From a bacterium (lineage in GTDB: Bacteria; J088; JAWLBW01): 25,420 bases of DNA. Position numbers and translations under genes: made by a program. The notes below the pieces were generated by a model. The model worked only from the letters and a program-made list of their open reading frames with translations. It ran no database searches and had not been told where the DNA came from. Within the stretch, counting starts at the first letter, position 1. The number at the start of each line of letters is the position of its first letter. The stretch covers positions 297,428 through 322,847 of the forward strand of contig JAWLHK010000003.1 of NCBI GenBank assembly GCA_041690355.1, read 5' to 3'. Positions 16,826 to 25,420 of this stretch are shown here, in pieces.

Positions 16826-17557
16826 TCAGCGAACCGGCTGCCGGGTCGCGGCCAGCACCGCCCCGGCCCCATCGAGGCGGAGGAGGGACCTTCCCGGTTC
16901 CGTCAGCAGCGCGAGCTCTTCGCGGCGCAGGGCCGTCCATCCGCGCCGGAGCGGATACGAGCAGAAACCGGCCACCTCGGCCTCGTCCAGACGCAGCGTG
17001 AAGTGGAAGAGTCCGTGCCCCCGGCGATAGGCCATCAGACGTTCGCCGTCAAAGAGGATACAGTTGAGGCGTGCCGTGGGGTTCGCGCGGGCAATGCCGC
17101 TGGTCAGCCGCAGCATCCCCCCCTCGCCCTCCGCTTCCACCTCGGCGCGGGCGGCGTGGAAGAAGACTTCACTGTCGGTGTCCCCGCGGGTCGCCGGGCG
17201 GAATCGATCGCGCAGGGACGCCGTGACCGGATTCACGATGGTGCCGTTGTGCGCGAACATCCACGGCCCGTGCGTGAACGGCTGCAGGTTCTCGAGGCAG
17301 ATGCGTCCACGCGTCGCCCGGCGCACGTGGATGAGGACGAAACCGGACCGCAGCGCGCGCACCCGGCGAAGAAACTCGTCGTCTTCAACGACCCAGCGCA
17401 GCCGGTGTTCGGCCCGCGGCGCATTCCCCTCGTACCAGCCGACGCCCCAGCCGCTGCGGTGCCGCCGGCAGCGGCGCTGGAACTCTTCGGGAAGGTCGCC
17501 GTGGAGCACCGCCGCGACGGCGTCCGGGTCGCCCCACAGCGCGAGCATTCTGCACAT
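16826..17557 (-). CDS. Class II glutamine amidotransferase-like Ntn hydrolase (EgtC/YafJ/Dug3-like)
   Basis: True start MCRML (N-terminal Cys nucleophile) coupled to the upstream stop by TGATG. H..GWGVGWY, HVRRAT.G, N.QPF, FAHNG, GDTDSE. 243 aa. Confidence 0.92.
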   Translation of the reverse strand: MCRMLALWGDPDAVAAVLHGDLPEEFQRRCRRHRSGWGVGWYEGNAPRAEHRLRWVVEDDEFLRRVRALRSGFVLIHVRRATRGRICLENLQPFTHGPWMFAHNGTIVNPVTASLRDRFRPATRGDTDSEVFFHAARAEVEAEGEGGMLRLTSGIARANPTARLNCILFDGERLMAYRRGHGLFHFTLRLDEAEVAGFCSYPLRRGWTALRREELALLTEPGRSLLRLDGAGAVLAATRQPVR

Positions 17558-18723
17558 CAGGCGATCTCGCGGAAGAGCTGCTCGAACTCGCCGGCCCCCA
17601 TCGGGCGCGGATTGTCCGGATGGCAACCGTCGGCGCAGGCGCCGGCCACGAGGCGCGCCAGATCCGGTGCGTCGATCCCTGCCGCGGCCAGATCCGCCGG
17701 CATGCCTATGTCGGAGAAAAGCGCTTCCAGTTCCGCGTGGAACCAATGACCGGCGTCCTCGCCGGCGGGAGCGCCGGCCGCGCGGCCCAGGTCGCGCAGG
17801 CGCTCGGCCGTCGCCGCGTCACCCGCGCCGTTGTAGCGGACGACCGCCGGCAGGCAGAGCGCGTTGGCCGTTCCGTGGTGCAGACCGTGGACCGCCGAAA
17901 TGGCGTGCGCCATGGAATGGCAGGCGCCGAGCCCCTTCTGGAAGGCGATGGCCCCCATCATTGAAGCCAGCATCATCCACGACCGGGCCTCGACGTCGTC
18001 GGGCTCGCGCACGGCGGTGCGCAGATGGCGGAAGCCGTAGCGGACCCCCTGCAGCGCAATGGCGTCGGCGACGGGGTGGAATCCGCGGGCCACGTAGGCC
18101 TCGATGGCATGCGTGAGCGCATCGGCCCCCGTGGCCGCCGTAAGCCATGCGGGCATGCGCAGCGTGAGCAGCGGATCGCAGACCGCCATGCTGGGAATCA
18201 GGTTGCCCGCGAAAAGAATGATCTTGCGCCCCGTGGCGGGATTCTCGATGACCGCGCTGCGGGAGACTTCGCTTCCCGTACCCGCCGTCGTCGGCACGGC
18301 GATCATCGGCGGAAGCGGGTGCACCACATTCCGCCCGCCTTCGGCGGCGTCGTAGCGCTCGAGCGGCGCCTCGTGGTTCACCAGAAGGCGAATACCCTTG
18401 GCGGCGTCGAGCGGACTGCCGCCGCCGACGGCCACGATCAGATCGGCCACGGCCTCCTGATAGGCCTGCAACCCCTCGACGACATTGCCGACCGTCGGGT
18501 TCGGCTCGACGCCGTCGAACACGGCGGCCTCGAGCCCGGCGCGCTGCAGTTCGCGCACGACCTCGTCGGCGATTCCAGCGGCACGCACCCCGCGATCGGT
18601 GACGATGAGGGCGCGCTTCCCCAGCGCCGCCGCTTCGGAGGCCGCGGTGCGCAGGACGCCGGGGCCGAAGCGCACCTGCGTCGGAAACGCGAACCGCCCG
18701 GTCATCGATTCCCACGTCAGCAT
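17557..18723 (-). CDS. Iron-containing (group III) alcohol dehydrogenase
   Basis: GGGSPLDAAK, PTTAGTGSE, and metal ligands DALTHAIE, HSMAH, HHG. Start ATG 18723; 388 aa. Confidence 0.94.
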   Translation of the reverse strand: MLTWESMTGRFAFPTQVRFGPGVLRTAASEAAALGKRALIVTDRGVRAAGIADEVVRELQRAGLEAAVFDGVEPNPTVGNVVEGLQAYQEAVADLIVAVGGGSPLDAAKGIRLLVNHEAPLERYDAAEGGRNVVHPLPPMIAVPTTAGTGSEVSRSAVIENPATGRKIILFAGNLIPSMAVCDPLLTLRMPAWLTAATGADALTHAIEAYVARGFHPVADAIALQGVRYGFRHLRTAVREPDDVEARSWMMLASMMGAIAFQKGLGACHSMAHAISAVHGLHHGTANALCLPAVVRYNGAGDAATAERLRDLGRAAGAPAGEDAGHWFHAELEALFSDIGMPADLAAAGIDAPDLARLVAGACADGCHPDNPRPMGAGEFEQLFREIA

Positions 18724-18743
18724 CCCTGCCCCCTTTCGGCTTC

Positions 18744-20153
18744 TCACGCCGATTCGAAATAGCGGGCCAGCTCCCAGTCGGTCACCGACCGCGCGTACTG
18801 CCGGCACTCCCAGAGCCGCGTGGCGGCGAAGTGATCGACGAAGGCGTCGCCGAGCATGGCGCAAGCCGATTCGCTCGCACGCAGCTGCTCGGCGGCGGCG
18901 GCGAGCGAGCGCGGGAACTCGAGGACGGCGGAACTGCCGTAGGCGCTCCCCCGCGTGGGTGCGGGCGGCTCCAGGCGCTCGCGCCACCCCTCGATACCCA
19001 TGGCGACGGCGGCGGCCAACGCAAGATACGGATTCGCATCGGCGCCCGGCAAGCGGAACTCGAGGCGGCTCGACGCCGTCGCCGAAGGGATCAGGCGCAC
19101 GGCGGTCGTGCGGTTCTCCTCACCCCACGTGGCCGCCGTCGGGGCCCACGTATTCTCGACGAGACGCTTGTAAGAGTTGACCGTCGGCGCCACGAGGGCC
19201 AGATAGTCGCGCATGCCGGCGACCATGCCGCCGACGAACCGGTCCAGATCGGCGGAACCGTCGGCCCCTTGGCGGAACCGGTTGCGGCGCACGGCCGCGT
19301 CCCACACGCTCAGGTGGATATGGCCAGAACAGCCGGGCAACTCCGGATTCCACTTCGCCATGAAGCAGGCCGTCAGCCCCTGCCGGCGCGCAAGCTCCTT
19401 CACGCACGCCTTGAAGAGAGCCGCCTTGTCGGCGGCGGCGAGGGCGTCGTCGTAGCGGATGGCCGCTTCGTAGACCCCCGGACCCGTTTCGGTGTGCAGC
19501 CCTTCGAGCTCGATGCCGGCCCCGGCGAGTTCATCGAAAAGCCGGTTCACGAACTCCGCATGTTCCCCCGCGCGAAGCAGACTGTAGCCGAACATGCCGG
19601 GGGAGAGCGTTTCGAGGTTGCGGAATCCTTTCGCGCGCAGGCTCTGCGGCGTCTCGCGGAAGACAAAGAACTCGTACTCGAAACCGACTTTCGCCGTGGC
19701 GCCTTCCTTGTGCAGGAGCCCGAGGACGCGCTTGAGCACCTGGCGCGGACAGACCGAAAGCGGCTCACCCGTCTTCGGGTCCCAGAAGTCGGCGAGGAAA
19801 AATGCGGTCCCCTCGTCCCAAGGGAGCAGGCGGCGCGTATCGAGATCGATGCGGGCGAGCGTATCCGGATAGCCGGTGTGCCAGCCGGTGAACTCGAGCC
19901 CGTCGATGAGGGTGTCGGCGCTGTCCCAGCCGAAGATGACGTCGCAGAAGCCGAATCCATCTTCGAGTACGGAGAGAAATTTTGCCGTCGACACGATCTT
20001 GCCGCGCAGGATGCCGTCGATGTCGAATCCACCGAGGCGGATGCGCCGGACATGATGCTCGGCCAGCCACGCGCGAATTTCTCCATCGTCGATTTTCGCC
20101 TGCCCCGGCGCCCTGGCCTGTCCCGGTACGATTCTGGCGACCGATCTGCCCAT
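18744..20153 (-). CDS. Glutamine synthetase-like gamma-glutamyl-amine ligase (GlnA4/PuuA type)
   Basis: DIDGILRGK, GFEYEF, HTETGPGVYE, GCSGHIHLS, ENRT, RLEFRLPGADANPYL. The flap reads ENTWAP rather than the GYEAP of true GS. Start ATG 20153. Confidence 0.92.
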   Translation of the reverse strand: MGRSVARIVPGQARAPGQAKIDDGEIRAWLAEHHVRRIRLGGFDIDGILRGKIVSTAKFLSVLEDGFGFCDVIFGWDSADTLIDGLEFTGWHTGYPDTLARIDLDTRRLLPWDEGTAFFLADFWDPKTGEPLSVCPRQVLKRVLGLLHKEGATAKVGFEYEFFVFRETPQSLRAKGFRNLETLSPGMFGYSLLRAGEHAEFVNRLFDELAGAGIELEGLHTETGPGVYEAAIRYDDALAAADKAALFKACVKELARRQGLTACFMAKWNPELPGCSGHIHLSVWDAAVRRNRFRQGADGSADLDRFVGGMVAGMRDYLALVAPTVNSYKRLVENTWAPTAATWGEENRTTAVRLIPSATASSRLEFRLPGADANPYLALAAAVAMGIEGWRERLEPPAPTRGSAYGSSAVLEFPRSLAAAAEQLRASESACAMLGDAFVDHFAATRLWECRQYARSVTDWELARYFESA

Positions 20154-20175
20154 GCGAACCCTTTTTCCCTTCCCC

Positions 20176-21723
20176 CTAGCGGCCCTCGTGAATCCAGACC
20201 GCCTTGGTCGTCGTGTACTGTTCGAGCGCATGGTGGCCCATGTCGCGTCCGAAGCCGGAATGCTTGACGCCGCCGAAGGGGGCGCCGCTGTCGAAACCGT
20301 TCCACAGATTGATCCAGACGGAACCGGCCCGCATCGCCCGGGCCATGCGCAGCGCGCGACCGGTGTTGCCCGTCCACACCGCGGAGACCAGCCCGTAGAG
20401 CGTGTCATTGGCGAGCTCGATCGCCTCCTGCTCATCGGCGAAGGGGAGCACAGCCAGCACCGGGCCAAAGATTTCATCCTGCGCGATCGCCATGTCGCTG
20501 GTCACCTCGGCGAAGACCGTCGGCGCATAGAAGTTCCCCCTCCGGCGCTCTTCGTCGCTCAGCCGCTCGCCGCCGCAGCACAGGCGCGCCCCCTCTTTGA
20601 GCCCTGCATCCACATAGTGCTGAATCCGCCGCAGCTGCAGTTCACTGATCTGCGCGCCCATGTCGGTCCGCTCGTCGAGGGGATCGCCGACGCGCATCGT
20701 GCGGGCGCGGGCAACGACCCGGGCGAGGACGTCGTCGTAGATTTCGCGCTGCACGAGCAGGCGGCTCCCCGCGTTGCAGATTTCGCCCTTGTTCGCGAAG
20801 ATCGCCTTCCACGCCGCTTCGCAGGCGGAATCGAGGTCAGCATCCGCAAAAATGATGTTCGGCGACTTGCCCCCGAGCTCGAGCGACAGCGGCTTCAGAT
20901 TCGAGTCGGCCGAGGCATAAAGCAGGCTGCGCGCGGTGCGTACCGATCCGGTGAAGGCGAGTTTGTCGACTCCGTGATGCCGGGCGAGAGCATGGCCGGT
21001 GGTGGCGCCGCGTCCGGGAACTATGTTGACGAGGCCGTCGGGAATGCCGGCCTCCTGAAGAATGGAGGCGAGCCGCAGTGCGGTCAGCGGCGTATACTCG
21101 CTCGGCTTGAGTACCACGGCGTTTCCGGCGGCGAGAGCCGGCGCGAGCTTCCACGCCGCCATCAGCAGCGGATAGTTCCACGGAATGATAGCGCCGACGA
21201 CGCCGGCGGGTTCGCGCAGGGTCAGGCACAGGTGCGGCCCTGATACCGGGATGGTCTCGCCCTCGATCTTGCGCGTCCACCCCGCGTAGTAGCGGAAGAT
21301 GTCGATGGCGGGGGGAAGATCCCCCTGCAGGGCTTCGCGCACGGTTTTCCCATTGTTGAGCGACTCGAGGCAGGCGAGATCGAGGGCGTCGCGTTCGAGG
21401 AGATCGGCGATGCGCCAGAGGATGCGCTCGCGCTCGGCCCCCTCCATGTTCCGCCAGAGGGGCTGTGTGGCCTGGGCCGCCTGCACCGCTTCGTCAACCT
21501 GGATGGCGGTCGCCTCGGCCACATCGGTCAGCCGCTCGCCGGTCGCCGGATTCCAGACCGCGAGCGCCTCGCCGTCCCCTTCGCTCCACCGGCCGCCGAT
21601 CCAGAGTCGCTGCGCGGGCAGGTCGCGCGCCAACGCCTGCGCACGTTCTCTGAAGCTTGTCACCGGCTCGCTCTGCGGATCGCTCTGTCGCTCGCCCTTC
21701 CGCTCGATCTGCGCCCCTTGCAT
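20176..21723 (-). CDS. NAD(P)-dependent aldehyde dehydrogenase
   Basis: IIPWNYP, KPSE, FTGS, catalytic LELGGKSP and GEICNAGS, EIFGP, PFGGVKHSGFGR. Start may be up to about 20 codons later. Confidence 0.95.
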   Translation of the reverse strand: MQGAQIERKGERQSDPQSEPVTSFRERAQALARDLPAQRLWIGGRWSEGDGEALAVWNPATGERLTDVAEATAIQVDEAVQAAQATQPLWRNMEGAERERILWRIADLLERDALDLACLESLNNGKTVREALQGDLPPAIDIFRYYAGWTRKIEGETIPVSGPHLCLTLREPAGVVGAIIPWNYPLLMAAWKLAPALAAGNAVVLKPSEYTPLTALRLASILQEAGIPDGLVNIVPGRGATTGHALARHHGVDKLAFTGSVRTARSLLYASADSNLKPLSLELGGKSPNIIFADADLDSACEAAWKAIFANKGEICNAGSRLLVQREIYDDVLARVVARARTMRVGDPLDERTDMGAQISELQLRRIQHYVDAGLKEGARLCCGGERLSDEERRRGNFYAPTVFAEVTSDMAIAQDEIFGPVLAVLPFADEQEAIELANDTLYGLVSAVWTGNTGRALRMARAMRAGSVWINLWNGFDSGAPFGGVKHSGFGRDMGHHALEQYTTTKAVWIHEGR

Positions 21724-21945
21724 GGTCCCTCTCCGATGTCAACGCACGCTGCCGACGGCTCGTGGAGCTGTCGCGCGAAGCTTCGGCGATCATAGCACGG
21801 GCCGTCGACGAGCAGAACGGGGGAGACGGACGCGAGGGTCGGAATCCAGCCCCCCGTCTGACCCCCCGCCCCGGCGGTGACGGCATGCCGTGTTCCGGCC
21901 CGCGGTTTCCGGCTACCATGGCCCCGTGCATGCCGGGAGGTGAGG

Positions 21946-22353
21946 ATGGAACCTGATTTGAAGCGGAGAACCGAGAAGCGGCGAATCGCGGCCTACGCGA
22001 CCTTCGGCGCGGGCCTGATCGCGCTGTTCGTCGGCGTGCTCGTCGCCATGTATTTTGCGAGTCTCGCCGGGGTGATCGTGAGTCTCGTCGTCGCGGCCGC
22101 CCTGTTTCTCGCGACGTTCATGCTCGGCGGCGCCGCCTGGGGGCGCTTCGAGACGGGCCAATCGGTGCCCCGGGACGCGCTCCCGGCGCGCGACGCGCCC
22201 ACGCGGGTCCGGCCGCTGCGCGAGGAGACTTCGTTCAGCACGCCCCCGCCACCGCCGCGGGTTGAAACCATCGAGCGGACGCCGGGCGGGCCCGGCAGCA
22301 GCGAGGCAGGCAGCGACGAGGTCGGCCGCGGTGAGGGACGACAGGCACCCTGA
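21946..22353 (+). CDS. Two-TM membrane protein with Pro-rich tail
   Basis: Start ATG 21946 after GGAGGTGAGG; two hydrophobic helices, then a disordered tail containing TPPPPP. 135 aa. Confidence 0.7.
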   Translation: MEPDLKRRTEKRRIAAYATFGAGLIALFVGVLVAMYFASLAGVIVSLVVAAALFLATFMLGGAAWGRFETGQSVPRDALPARDAPTRVRPLREETSFSTPPPPPRVETIERTPGGPGSSEAGSDEVGRGEGRQAP

Positions 22354-22384
22354 ACCGGGCCCGTTGGGAGCGGTGGTCCGGCGC

Positions 22385-22756
22385 ATGCGCCTGGCGACCC
22401 GGCTCCTCTTCTTTGCCGGCGTGGCCCTGCAGACGGCGTGCCTCGCCATCGGCATGCGGCAGGCAATTGCCCCGCTCATCGCGCTGGGGGTTTCGATCCC
22501 CTTCGGGCTCTACGGACTGGCCCTGCGACTCGAGGATCTCGCGCGCTCCCTCCCCCGCATTCCGTCTGCCCGGGACGCGTCTTCGCCCCTCGCCCATCGG
22601 CCGCCTACGCTCCACGATCGTTTCGGTCTCGCATACTCTGTAGGTGCAAGCAGGCTCCGCCTCCGGATCCCTTCGGCGTTCGTTTCAAGCTTTCGACACG
22701 CACTCCGCCGGAATCGGACGCGAGGACGGAGCGGATGGAAAGGAGACGGATCATGA
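22385..22756 (+). CDS. Possible small two-TM membrane protein
   Basis: MRLATRLLFFAGVALQTACLAIG...IAPLIALGVSIPFGLYGLAL. Weak SD; the C-terminal half looks non-coding. Confidence 0.35.
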   Translation: MRLATRLLFFAGVALQTACLAIGMRQAIAPLIALGVSIPFGLYGLALRLEDLARSLPRIPSARDASSPLAHRPPTLHDRFGLAYSVGASRLRLRIPSAFVSSFRHALRRNRTRGRSGWKGDGS

Positions 22757-22887
22757 CCAGCATGCCAACCCCACGCCAGGCACGTACCGAACGCCCGAAT
22801 CCCCATGAACCCGACCGCAGAACGACGGCAGGCCGCCGTTATGGCCGGGACGATGACAACCCGACCGCCGTTCGCGGGATGGACTGA
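22753..22887 (+). CDS. Small hydrophilic protein (44 aa)
   Basis: AAAGGAG SD 7 nt before ATG; MTSMPTPRQARTERPNPHEPDRRTTAGRRYGRDDDNPTAVRGMD; ends 29 nt before the next gene. Confidence 0.5.
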   Translation: MTSMPTPRQARTERPNPHEPDRRTTAGRRYGRDDDNPTAVRGMD

Positions 22888-22916
22888 GACAGAACGGCGA
22901 ACCTGGAGAGAACCGA

Positions 22917-23345
22917 ATGAGCGCAGATGCAGCCCGCGGACTGTGGTGGATCGGATATCTGCTGACGATTACGGCGACATTCGTTTTCGCCGTCGCCGTC
23001 GTGCCGGCGATTTACAGTGAGACGACCGACGTACCGCAGCTTCTCGAGATGAGCCTCTTCGTGACCGGCGGTCTCCTGCTTTTCGCCGTGCTCACCGGCG
23101 GAGCAGGTTACTGGTTCTTCCAGAAGGAGCGTACGCAGCCCCAGGGTTCGCGGGACAGCTCCCGCGCCGGCGCGCCCATGCCGGTTCGCGCGGCACCCCG
23201 GCCGACGGAAAGCGTCACCGGTACCACCGATGTCGATGGAGAGCACCTCGTGCGCGGCACCGGCGCCCTGAACCCCGAGGAACCGCCGGCGCCGAATCCG
23301 CAGGAGCGGCGCGAGACGATCCTCGACGACGATCGAGCACGCTGA
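22917..23345 (+). CDS. Two-TM membrane protein with Pro-rich tail
   Basis: GGAGAG SD; two hydrophobic helices, then a disordered tail. 142 aa. Confidence 0.72.
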   Translation: MSADAARGLWWIGYLLTITATFVFAVAVVPAIYSETTDVPQLLEMSLFVTGGLLLFAVLTGGAGYWFFQKERTQPQGSRDSSRAGAPMPVRAAPRPTESVTGTTDVDGEHLVRGTGALNPEEPPAPNPQERRETILDDDRAR

Positions 23346-23456
23346 GGGACGCCGGCGCCGGGCGCTGAACGCCGGGGCGCGCCGTCGGCCGCTTCGCTCA
23401 CGCCTGATTACTCCTCCGTCGTTACTCGCCCCCCGTTGCGCGACTCGGCACACTTC

Positions 23457-24605
23457 CTAAGCGGCTTCGCGGAACTGCGGAGCCTGTGCCCGCTGCCGTG
23501 CGCGGTGGTCGGCCCGGATGATGGCGCGCGCCAGCGTCCAGGCCGTGCGCTCGGGGGTGTGGTGCAGGATGCTCGAACGAATCATGACCCGGTCGCGTCC
23601 CGCCCCCATGGCCCGGGCGAGCACGTCGGCCATGTGCTGCGGATCGGTCGTGTCGACGGTGAGCCCGTTGACGCCGTAATTGATCAGATCGGGAACGCAT
23701 CCGGCATTCTGCCCCGCGACGACGAAGAGTCCGGCCGCCAGCGCTTCGTTGACGACAAGCCCCCAGACTTCGCGGTGTGACGGCATGACGAGGATATCGC
23801 AGCCGGCAAAAAACGGCGCCAGCGCTTCGCTCTGGCGAAAGCCGTGAAAGAGGATGTGTTCTTCCAGGCCGTGATGCGATACGAGGCGCCGCAGCTGCGC
23901 TTCCTGCGGCCCGCTCCCGACGATATGCAGGCGGAAGTTGCGTTCGGGAAGCCGGGCGAGCCCACGAATCAAAGTGTCGACCCCCTTGCGCGGAATCAGC
24001 TGGCCCACATACAGAAGTTCGTGCTCGGCCTTGCGTTCGATGGGCGTGGCCGCGTCGGTCATGGCCGCGATGCGTTCGACGTCGACCGTATTCGTCCCCG
24101 TGAAAATGTCTTCCCAGTGCGCGCCGAGCGACACCAGGTAGTCGCGCGACCAGGTCCCGTACGTATAGAACGCATCCGTCTCGCGCACGATGCGGCGCCG
24201 CAGCGCGCCGATGACTCCACCATGGTTGCGGCTGCTCAGGGCAGTGCTGCCGAAATAGAGCACGCGCCCCGCGCCGTTGCGGGCCGCCCAACGCGCGCCC
24301 TGCCAGAAGCCAGGCGAGTCGTAGCCCATGGTCACGATCACATCGGGCTTGAGGCGATCGAGCTCGCGCTGCAGCCCCCAATGGATGTGGATGGGCCAGT
24401 CGCGCCCGGTCACATACGTGCTCACGCTGGGGAGCAGGACGTGCGGATGCTCGAGCCGGCCCTCGACGCTCCACTGTCGATTCTTCTCGGTGCGGCTCAG
24501 ATACATTACCTCGACGCGGAAATCGACGAGGCCCGCGAGTTCGTTGAACACCGGTATGCGGTAGGGAATCATCTGATTGCAGATGATTCCGACGGATATG
24601 GCCAT
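23457..24605 (-). CDS. Glycosyltransferase family 4 (GT-B fold)
   Basis: Start ATG 24605 with GGAGG SD; PYR motif, LYVGQLIPRKG, IVGSGP, E-X7-E motif EVWGLVVNE. 382 aa. Confidence 0.93.
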   Translation of the reverse strand: MAISVGIICNQMIPYRIPVFNELAGLVDFRVEVMYLSRTEKNRQWSVEGRLEHPHVLLPSVSTYVTGRDWPIHIHWGLQRELDRLKPDVIVTMGYDSPGFWQGARWAARNGAGRVLYFGSTALSSRNHGGVIGALRRRIVRETDAFYTYGTWSRDYLVSLGAHWEDIFTGTNTVDVERIAAMTDAATPIERKAEHELLYVGQLIPRKGVDTLIRGLARLPERNFRLHIVGSGPQEAQLRRLVSHHGLEEHILFHGFRQSEALAPFFAGCDILVMPSHREVWGLVVNEALAAGLFVVAGQNAGCVPDLINYGVNGLTVDTTDPQHMADVLARAMGAGRDRVMIRSSILHHTPERTAWTLARAIIRADHRARQRAQAPQFREAA

Positions 24606-24796
24606 GGCTCCCCCCTCCAGGCGAACGTTCTCTGCCTCCAGTATAGGAAACAAGTGGGCGGGCCCCAAACCCTGCGGCACCCGATCGGACCCCCGTATGC
24701 GCGGCGCTTGCATTCTGCCCTTCACCGGCCCTAGCATGGGCGTGAGCGGATGCTTTTCAGTCAGCTTCAACCGCGAACCGCCAGAGGAGGACTGCC

Positions 24797-24919
24797 ATGC
24801 GACGTTTGATCCGCGTCCGGATCGGAAACCGCGAACTTGGGATCGGCGAGGTCGAGATTGCCGTGGGCATTGCCGTGCTCCTGGGATTCTTCGCCGTCAC
24901 GACCCTCGGGGCCCTCTAG
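24797..24919 (+). CDS. Small single-TM protein (40 aa; below ORF-track cutoff)
   Basis: GAGGAGG SD 6 nt upstream; MRRLIRVRIGNRELGIGEVEIAVGIAVLLGFFAVTTLGAL. Confidence 0.6.
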   Translation: MRRLIRVRIGNRELGIGEVEIAVGIAVLLGFFAVTTLGAL

Positions 24920-24996
24920 CCGGCTCGCCCCGGTATCGAGCGGTCGCGCCTGTCATTCCCCAGGAGACGCGCGAGACTGGGAGAAAGGAGAAAACC

Positions 24997-25272
24997 ATGG
25001 CCGGATCGAATCGTGCGCCCGGACGGTTCCGGAGCAACAGGGGTGCGGTGCGTCTTACGGCCCTGGCCTCGTGGCTTGGCCTGGGCATTCTGCTGCTTGG
25101 CGTCGTGCTGCTGCTCAGCGGCGGGGGTGATACCCGCCCGGCCTGGGGCTTCGCGATCACGATCGGTGCGCTCGTCTTTCTCTTTCTGCTCGGAAGCGCC
25201 GTCGCCTTTCGCTCGGTTTACCGGCCCAAGGACGAGCGAGTGGATCCCCGGAACACGCAGTCGAACGACTGA
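24997..25272 (+). CDS. Small two-TM membrane protein (91 aa)
   Basis: GAAAGGAG SD 6 nt before ATG 24997; two hydrophobic helices separated by SGGGDTRP. Confidence 0.72.
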   Translation: MAGSNRAPGRFRSNRGAVRLTALASWLGLGILLLGVVLLLSGGGDTRPAWGFAITIGALVFLFLLGSAVAFRSVYRPKDERVDPRNTQSND

Positions 25273-25294
25273 GCGCGTTGCCCGCCCGCAAACG

Positions 25295-25330
25295 AAAAAA
25301 GGGCTCCAGCACAAAAATGCTGGAGCCCTT
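25295..25330 (-). terminator. Intrinsic terminator downstream of 5S rRNA
   Basis: 13-bp perfect stem AAGGGCTCCAGCA / TGCTGGAGCCCTT, 6-nt loop; the A6 run at 25295-25300 is the minus-strand U-tract. Confidence 0.9.
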
Positions 25331-25340
25331 CACAAAAAGA

Positions 25341-25420
25341 CCCGGCGACGACCTACTCTCCCGGTCACGATAGTGACAAGTACCATTGGCGCAGAGGGGC
25401 TTAACTGCCGAGTTCGGGAT
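25341..25420 (-). rRNA. rrf: 5S rRNA, 3' two-thirds (truncated by window edge)
   Basis: Reverse complement reads AUCCCGAACUCGGCAGUUAAG...GCCAAUGGUACU...GGGAGAGUAGGUCGUCGCCGGG. Confidence 0.97.

Noticed and set aside
16826-17557. Ergothioneine biosynthesis egtC
   Set aside because: No egtA, egtB or egtD nearby; the gene is translationally coupled to the Fe-ADH.
18744-20153. Housekeeping glutamine synthetase glnA
   Set aside because: The flap Glu is replaced by Trp and the context is a catabolic ADH/ALDH operon.

Overview
GC-rich bacterial chromosomal window, ending in the 3' part of a 5S rRNA gene (- strand) and its terminator. In order: the 5' tip of an LMW-PTP/ArsC-family gene (cut by the edge); an ArsR regulator-trxA operon with a TATTC-N8-GAATA box; a HAD/P-loop fusion; tldD; a RelB/DinJ antitoxin pseudogene missing from the ORF track; folD-(membrane protein)-gcvT-gcvH-gcvP; a DUF559 (Vsr-like) endonuclease gene bracketed by inverted palindromic repeats (one copy left, about 3.7 tandem 83-bp copies right) and split by a 278-bp MITE; a PAS-GGDEF protein with a degenerate EAL domain; an AurF-like diiron protein; a five-gene gamma-glutamylation operon (ALDH, GS-like ligase, Fe-ADH, Ntn/class II amidohydrolase, TauE); several small membrane ORFs; and a GT4 glycosyltransferase. 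The best candidates for something new are the DUF559-plus-repeat module and the amino-alcohol gamma-glutamylation pathway next to the glycine cleavage/FolD genes. All calls come from reading motifs by eye; no searches were run.
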